A DNA stretch of 62,641 nucleotides, the filler included, from Platydemus manokwari (lineage: Eukaryota): NCBI GenBank assembly GCA_037951405.1. It is 6 parts of 6 records of this genome, joined end to end, with 100 filler letters (N's around TTAATTAATTAA, not from the genome) between each part and the next. Parts side by side here need not be neighbours in the genome. Positions count along the whole stretch, not along the records: positions 50,986 to 62,641 come from JBBMOY010543329.1; 5 more parts are not named here. The stretch is one strand, 5' to 3'. Within the stretch, counting starts at the first letter, position 1. Each line of letters opens with the position of its first letter. Under the pieces are notes generated by a model. That model did no database searches. It was not told where the DNA came from and worked only from the letters and a program-made list of their open reading frames with translations. Of this stretch, positions 55,071 to 62,641 are shown piece by piece. The position numbers and the translations under genes are program-made.

Positions 55071-56430
55071 GAATATATATAAAATATTTGAAATATTATT
55101 ATTTATCATTTAATATTAATATCATCAATATATTAAATTATTTCCAAACTGGCACATTTTAGGCAGATTAATTCAAATTCCAATAATCATCAAAATAGAT
55201 TTTCAATGTAAAGCAATTCTTCGAATTTCTTATAAAAAATTACATTATATTTGGATTAGAATATTTGGTTCTTTTCTTATATATTTCATGGTTTATGAAT
55301 ATAATAAATCAATACTCGATCAAGAATTTCTCGAGTTATTCACGATTTCTTCAAGAGCTTTCTAAATTATTTTTGAAAGAATAATCTTACAAAAAACAAT
55401 TCACGTTTAAAACAAAGCGGATTTTTTTAATAATAAAATGATAATTTTTAAAATTAATTTATCACGGCTGGGTTCGGCACGTTTAGGTAATTATTCCATT
55501 CTGTAAAAATGAAAAATAATACAGTGAGAGTGTTAAATATTTATTGAAAACAGATTGAAAGATAACTTATATCAATCAATAATAAATGGATATCAAATCA
55601 ATCAATAAATGGTATCATAAATTAATTATAAAACAACCCATTAAATTGAATAAATGCCAGATTATCGAAAAAGATTTCATCGATATTCATGGAATCAATT
55701 ATTCTTTTTTTCTTGTATTTTACTCGATAGACCTCGATGAATTGAGTAACGATAAAATAGAAAAATAAGATTATCTCTTGCATATGATTTATAAAATTTA
55801 TTCAAGAATGATGAAATTGAAAATAATTCAGTGGGAATTTAGTTAAATTTTTTAAAATCTCCTAACAATTTATTATTTGAAAAACCGGTCAAAGTAGGTC
55901 AAAATGAAATTATATAATGAGTGAGGACCACTTCTTTTAACATTAGAAGCATATGGAATGATATCAAAGATTTTCAGAGTTATTTTATAAAAGCGTGACT
56001 TCGAAATTATTGAGAAGAGCGAGGAACAAGGTACTTGTGTTTTCTCTCAAAGTCAGTATATTAACATCTATTTAATAGATTGGATACATAGATCCCAAAC
56101 CTGTCGATGTGGTAATGAAATGAAGATTCGATCCCAATCAAATAAATCGTGCAATTGAAGATGCCACAAATATGTAAGCTTCGGAATTCAAAAAGAGACA
56201 CAAGTTCAACAATCCAGCCTTTTCCGACATTCTGAACAAAGTGTTTTTTGTGCACGGGGCTCACACGAAAAATTATATTAAAAAATATATTATATTTACA
56301 AATCCATAAGTAAACAAACAATTAACAAATATTGACAATTTTTATTAAAATGAAATTATTATGAAATTATTAAAATTTTTATTACATTTCAACTCTAATT
56401 GCCAAATAACTCACGAAAAATCATTACTTT

Positions 56431-57172
56431 TGTTAGCAGCTATTTTTGTTTTAAAAACCACACATTAAAATCAAACCAAAAAGACACAATTTAATTTTTT
56501 ATAAAATTTATTCAAGAATAATGAAATTGAAAATAATTCAGTGAGAATTCTTGATAAATCGTTGGACTTTACAAAAATATTTTGAATTGAATTTTCGTTT
56601 TTATATTAAATGATAATAATTTATAGTGCAGGTAAATCTTAAATCGTTTTATGAAATATGGTCCGAAAATAAAATTTTAAAATTGTGAATTGTTGTGCAA
56701 AAATCCATATAGATTAAAATTAAATCTGAATGAAATTTGAATAAAATTGAATCTGAATTAAAATTAAAATTTAATTCATAATAAATATCTCACATTCCCC
56801 TTTCTTTAAAATCTTTGATTTCGTAATTGTCTCTGTCTTGAATCATCTAGATATCTCATTACACGAAAACTCTAATTCTTCTATCTTTTAATAACTTCTT
56901 TTTCATGTCCAATCTATCTTTTGTTAGATCTATCTTTTGTTATATCTTTTATTATATCTTCTATTTCATCTTCTATTACATCTTCTATTATATCTCCTTT
57001 TATATCTGCTTTTATATCTGCTTTTATATCTTCTCTAATATCCTCTCTAAAATCTTCTTCTATAATTTACAGTCGTTGATCTTTTTACGCTCGATTCTAG
57101 ATGTGTGGTCGCCATGTAAGCCGCTCCTATTTTATAAAACAATACGCATCGAATACGAACCTGAAAACATAT
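56431..57172 (-). mobile_element. TRIM-like mini LTR element, copy 3 (truncated 5' LTR 57172-57115, PBS 57114-57105, PPT ~56810-56795, 3' LTR 56794-56431)
   Basis: Minus strand reads ...GCGGCTTACA|TGGCGACCAC and AAAGAAAGGGGAA|TGTGAG. The interior has a degenerate 12-nt tandem repeat. Confidence 0.8.
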
Positions 57173-57229
57173 AGTTAATTTATCGTGGAAACCAATGAGT
57201 TTATGTAGATAATAGAAAATTCACTACAA

Positions 57230-57905
57230 TAATAACTAATATATGACTAATCAGGATAAAATTAATTGTGAATTACATTATAGGAATTTACAGTTTTGTT
57301 TAAATAATATATTAAAAGTGAAAATAATTAGCGGAATTTCAAATATTAATCAAAAAAACATGATTAAAATGAATTACAAGAGTACAAATAATGTTGAAAA
57401 TTTTAATGGTACTTATCGAATATTAGTTTTCGAGGAAAAATCTTGAATAATGTAAGAGAATGTGAAAATGTACAATGAGTTATAATTGCCATTATGACAA
57501 GCAAGCAAAATATAAATGAAATATAATACATAAAAAAATTTACTGGATTTAGTGAAAAATATTTTCTATACATTACCATAAATAAAAAGTGAAATTAAAT
57601 AAACCAAATGATTCGAGATTTTTTTTTTGGTTTCAAGTAAAATATAAAAGTTTAAGTTTTATTAAAAATTTTTAATACCTAAATAAAAGGCAAGTACGAG
57701 TGTTGTGTATGCGCATGTATTAAACATTAGAACAGAAAATATCTATCAAGATATAGAAAATGATAAAATGTAAAAAAACAATTTGAATTTTCAGAAATAA
57801 TAAAAATGATTTATTATTTAATATCAAAAATAAAAATGAAGTTTAAAAATTTAAATTGTGAATTAGTAGGAATAGGAGATTGCTAAATTTATGTGTATCA
57901 ACAAT
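57230..57905 (+). mobile_element. Decayed protein-primed DNA polymerase B (Polinton/adintovirus-like) fragment
   Basis: Ordered motifs DKINCELHYRNLQFCL (cf. DK.NYV.HYRNL..YL), GKILNNVR (cf. FGKTMENVR), KVKLNKP, IRTENIYQDI and KFK.EL.G. Multiple frameshifts. Confidence 0.7.
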
Positions 57906-58071
57906 TTATGGATAATTTCCATGATTTCACTAAAAATTTTAGTTGTTCCTGTGACCCACACAACATCAATATTAATATTTCCACGTGCCAAACCTTGATA
58001 CATTTTTTTAACATTAATAACACAAGTCAAGCAAGGCATTATAAATAAAATCAAATCACAAACAGGCACTG

Positions 58072-61000
58072 CTAGGGTAAAAATATTCCCCTTAAAGATC
58101 CAATCTCTTTATAGCAGAAAGGACATTTTAATAATTCATCACAACAACTACTGCAGAACAGGTGACCGCACTGTAAAGCCATATTGATTTCATTGGTCAT
58201 GCAAATATTGCATTCCTATTTAATAAAAATTAAATCGATAATACGTTAATAACAAACCACGTTTTGCCTTGTTTTTATGCTATTAATAATACCGCATATT
58301 TTCAATGCATCTTCCAACGATTGACCCTGAAAAATATCTTTAAAACACATCAAATTATTCTTTGTAAAATACCACTCTCTCCAACTTGCTATTATATTCG
58401 AGAACAAGATTTACAGCTTCTTCTTTCTCTTTTATAGACAATGATTTCGGAATGACTTTCTCCACAATTGATGCCATTCCCTTTTGACAAGCCAACATAA
58501 AAGGTGATTCGTTATATTTATTAGCCAATAGTACATCAAATATATCATCATTGATTATTTTATTTATGACTTCTTGAGAATATTTATCTTTGAATAAATT
58601 AGTTAGAAATGTTTCACCATTCTCGAGTAAAATATTTTTATCTCTACAATGTTCCATGGATCTCGTAAATAGTTTTTCATCGCTTTTCTTGAGAGCCAAG
58701 TTGGCAAATTTAAGAAATGTCTGATCAGATACAGGAGTTAAATCACAATTATCAAGAATTAATTGGATTAATTCAATGTTTTCTTCTTTGATTAAATCCG
58801 GCAGTAAATATTGATGAACATCAAGTTTCAAAAGTCTTTTGTTACTTTGAATAAATGATTTGATAAATCTAATAAAATCAATAATTTAAATATTTTCCAT
58901 TATCCAGTACTTTTTATCTTTGTTTTCAAACATATATTTCACGATTTCAATTTCTAGGTTTCGATCATTAGTGCTTCTCAATAAATCCATGAAGTATTTA
59001 TTAAATAAATCTTTTTCATCTAATCAATTATATAATTATAATAAAAATTATATATTATCATACAATTAAATATTATTTTATATAAATTTAAATGGTCAAT
59101 TTTATCATTTTAATTCTTTGAGAACATCTCATAATTTTTTTAAAATACGAAATCGTGCAAATTGAAAAAAATAAAAAAACAATCAATCGAATTCAATCGG
59201 TTCACAATGATTTATCCAGAAAACAGTATTTAATTCACAAATGAAACTATTTTTCACCAATAATTTTTCTGTTAAATTTTCATAACTACTTTATATATTT
59301 TATTTTTCTGTTATTAATTTACATTACTTGATTAAGCAACTCATATTTGTTAATGATTTTTACAATGGTGTCTTTAATGTATTCTGATGAAAATTAAAAA
59401 TAACTCATTAATCATTATGAATGTTGTTAATCATTTGAATTTTTTATTTCCTATTGCATCAATAATTTAACGGAACCTTGAAGCATCGCTTTACAAAAAT
59501 TGTGTTTTTATATTTAACCATTTATAACATCGTTGTAAACTTAGCCACCAAATTCTCTGTCAATGATATATATAATCGATAAACTAACAAATCTTTACAA
59601 CTCTTTATTAAAACAAAATTATATTTATTTACAATGTAAATGGATTTCAATACAAAAACCTTTTAAATTTAGTTTTCATCATCAATTATTATTCATACCA
59701 AGGTGTTTAAAACATTGTGTGAATATCTAAATAATCATTATATTGATTACATACTCCACAATATACTGTATATTGATCGAGACTCATATTTTACATAAAA
59801 TTCCATGAATATTTAACAATGTGATGAAAACATATTTGATTTACATTTTATCAACATGAATCGCAGTGTATTTAGAGGCTTCAAAGTTGCTTGTAATATT
59901 CATTGAAATGCGAAGATAAAATGAGAATGTCCTTAAATATGACAGACTACCTATGGACAGAAATATTAAAGGTTATAATTTGACCATTTCGAACGACGGT
60001 TTTGCTTTTAAATTATTTATTATAAAACATTGAAATCGATATTGGTTCAAATAATCATGAATATAAATATCTTTTAAGCAAATCTTTTGGAAAAATGTTG
60101 AAAATGTCATTCATTCAGTCATAAAACTTTCATTACAATTGCATAACAATAGACACCATAATAACAAAAAGAGATAATTATAACATTAATATATAACATT
60201 ATATTTAATATATAATTATAATCAAAGTAATATTTCTACCATTTTCAAAACATACTGGTTCGAAAAGAGCTCCACATTTTGGATTACATTTAAACAATTC
60301 AACTCCACAAAATGTTCCATCAGTTCCTTCTTGATCTAGATTTTTCTATATTCAAATCAAATAAATAAATCATGAGATAAAAATAAAAATCCACACTGAA
60401 TCTAAACCAATCACTTCATTTTTACCATTTACAAGCCCGTTCCATTTCAATACACCAGATTCTTCACCCTCTCTAATATTGATTCTTTCATTGAAATTCA
60501 TCGAGGGGTTTCGAATCGATCTGTCCACTGTTTTTATGCAACAAATTGAATTCTCATCGATTCTTTTATTATTAATTAACAACGGTTGATGGCCCTCTGA
60601 AATATTGATCTATTATTGAATAATGTATGTGTTTATCCATTGATAATAAAAAGAAAGTAAATGTATCTTATCTGTCAATAATAGAAAAATCGATAATAAT
60701 AAGAATACAAATAATAATAATAAAATTATAAAAATGAGATAAATTTTAAACCTTCGCAAGCTTTATCTAAAATATCTAACAAGCAATAAAATAATTAAAA
60801 AATTGAAATATTTGACGTTGAAACAAGAACATTAAATCGATTTAACTAACCCGTCACACAACAATTTTCTATTTTATTAACTGGAATCAAAACCCCCTTT
60901 TGATTGTGACATTCAAATAACTGTTTGCCTCAAAATTTCCCATTTGTTCCATTTTGTGATTGAAGTCCCTACATATAAATGAGCCATTAATCGATATTTT

Positions 61001-62619
61001 ATAAAATCAAATTTATCACCATCTCGCATCCTAAACAAGGAATGCCATCATTGATTATTCCTGTCCATTTCAGTAAAGCATGTCGCTGTTTCAAATCACA
61101 AGTAAAAATTATATATTTTTCTGTAACTTGTTTTCCCTTTGATATTTTTATCGATTTCGGATTAATTATACAAATATCATTCACGGGGTCAAATATATCT
61201 GCACATAAAATGAGATATTAGCTAATATAATTGTTTATTATACATATCGATTTTATTAAAATTTCTGCCGGAACAATATAATGTTGTCGATGTTCATTAC
61301 CGAACAAATCGGCAATTTCGATATTTTCGAGGATTTCATTACCGCTTTTCTGGAAATGAAATTGTTATAAAATAACATTAACGATAATCATTCTAATATA
61401 ATTAACACATCATTGCAATTCATACCAGCTCGATAACAGCTGACAGAATATGATTGGCTCTGCACATTATTTTGATTTTTCCTTTAAATGATAAATCTTT
61501 GATTTTTGATTTGAATTCCACATCATCATCGACATTGAAATTGTTATGAGATGATTTTGTAAATGTGATGATAGATGCTGGATCGATAAATGTTTCCAGG
61601 AAATATTTCGTATTAATTCCATCAATCTTATGAACATCTGTTTCAAGCAAATATTCCAATTGTTGAGTCTCTTCCACAGAAATTGTCTAAAATGCAAGCA
61701 AGTAGATGAAAGCAAATATAGAAGTGACAAATGATGGAGAAACCTTGATAACTTCGAGACATGGATATCCATTGAGAGTCAAGACATTATTGATTTCAAA
61801 ATATTTACAATTAATATATCGATCACACTCGACTATTTCACTATTTTTGAATTTTTTAGATTTCGAATTTGATCGATATTGGATGGATTTTGGATCAATC
61901 AAACAGGTATTGGTTTTAAATTTGAATTCTCCTTTAAACCTCTTTACAGTATCTTTTTTCACAAGAATTACTCGATCAGGGTAATTGAAAACATGCTCTT
62001 TGAATAAAATATTCTCAAGAAATTTGTGAATTTTCTGAATGAATGAAATGGAAAATGATGAAATTTAATTTCAATAAATAATTTCATAAATAAAATTGAA
62101 CTAATTTATTTATTTAAAACAAATAATTATTGCGTTGACATTTACAAATCATTTTATTATTATAATGCTTGATTGCGGTGTAACATAGTTATCAGGTTCA
62201 AATCATTTTCACAAATATCACTTTTAAAATTCTCTTTTTCTTAAATTATTCATTTTGTAAGAAACCGATAAAATAATCGATAATATAATCTATAATAAAT
62301 AAATTTAAAAAATTATTAAATTTATTTCCCAATCCATCAATCAAATATTATTGATTAAATAAAAATCCAAATCATTTCATTTCAAACAAATATCAATAAT
62401 TCAACTCAAATATTCATCTCACATTCATTTGATCCTCATCTAAACTTATTGCCATCAGTTCCATTCGGTCAATGAAAAATTCAATTTTGCCACACCATTT
62501 ATCCACCACTTGTACCAGTTCATCTATTTTATAATTCTCATTTGTTGTCACAACTTTCCAATCACTGACATCATTTGTATTCGCCACAAAAATATTATCA
62601 ATATATTCTATAATGATAT
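58072..62619 (-). pseudogene. Multi-exon gene with CYLD-like CAP-Gly repeats, ankyrin repeats and a C-terminal Mind bomb-type RING (putative E3 ligase); 5' end off contig; carries disablements
   Basis: Phase-consistent exons 62619-62423, 62034-61744, 61686-61426, 61349-61244, 61198-61020, 60968-60851, 60596-60397, 60345-60240, a broken middle, then ~59019-58911, ~58868-58376, 58326-58261 and 58215-58072. Motifs: LKWTG..LGCEM..GTNGKF*GKQLFEC..KGV; GVLKWNG..GTDGTFCGVELFKC..CGA; NESPFMLACQKG; CNIC..NMALQCGHLFCSSC..CPFC. Confidence 0.8.
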
Positions 62620-62641
62620 CTGAAATATAAAATATTATTAT

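Noticed and set aside
55586-56290. Coding-like fragments with a UBA-like stretch (VDVVMK*RFDPNQINRAIE)
   Set aside because: No coherent exon structure or recognisable family.

Overview
This is very AT-rich eukaryotic (invertebrate) genomic DNA with GT-AG introns, many only 42-80 bp. A lophotrochozoan such as a flatworm is plausible but cannot be proven here. The window is not one locus: six contigs of about 9-12 kb are joined by identical artificial 100-bp spacers (N44-TTAATTAATTAA-N44). Host genes are the 3' exons of a DeSI2/PPPDE peptidase, a complete 5-exon ACAT1/ERG10-type thiolase, an intronless Methuselah/adhesion-like GPCR, the 3' exons of a nicotinic acetylcholine receptor subunit, and the 3' exons of an ABHD4/5 hydrolase. 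There is also a multi-exon, partly disrupted gene combining CYLD-like CAP-Gly repeats, ankyrin repeats and a Mind bomb-type C-terminal RING. The rest is mostly decayed mobile DNA. It includes a recurrent TRIM-like mini-LTR family with a tRNA-Arg PBS and a PPT, a head-to-head LTR palindrome, and an LTR-adjacent REXO4/ISG20-like exonuclease ORF ending in a PAM2 motif. It also holds Mos1-like mariner, hAT, piggyBac, RLE non-LTR, Polinton polB and other transposase relics, plus a Bacteroidetes-like ORF at one contig edge. All homology calls are from motif recognition by eye; no searches were run.
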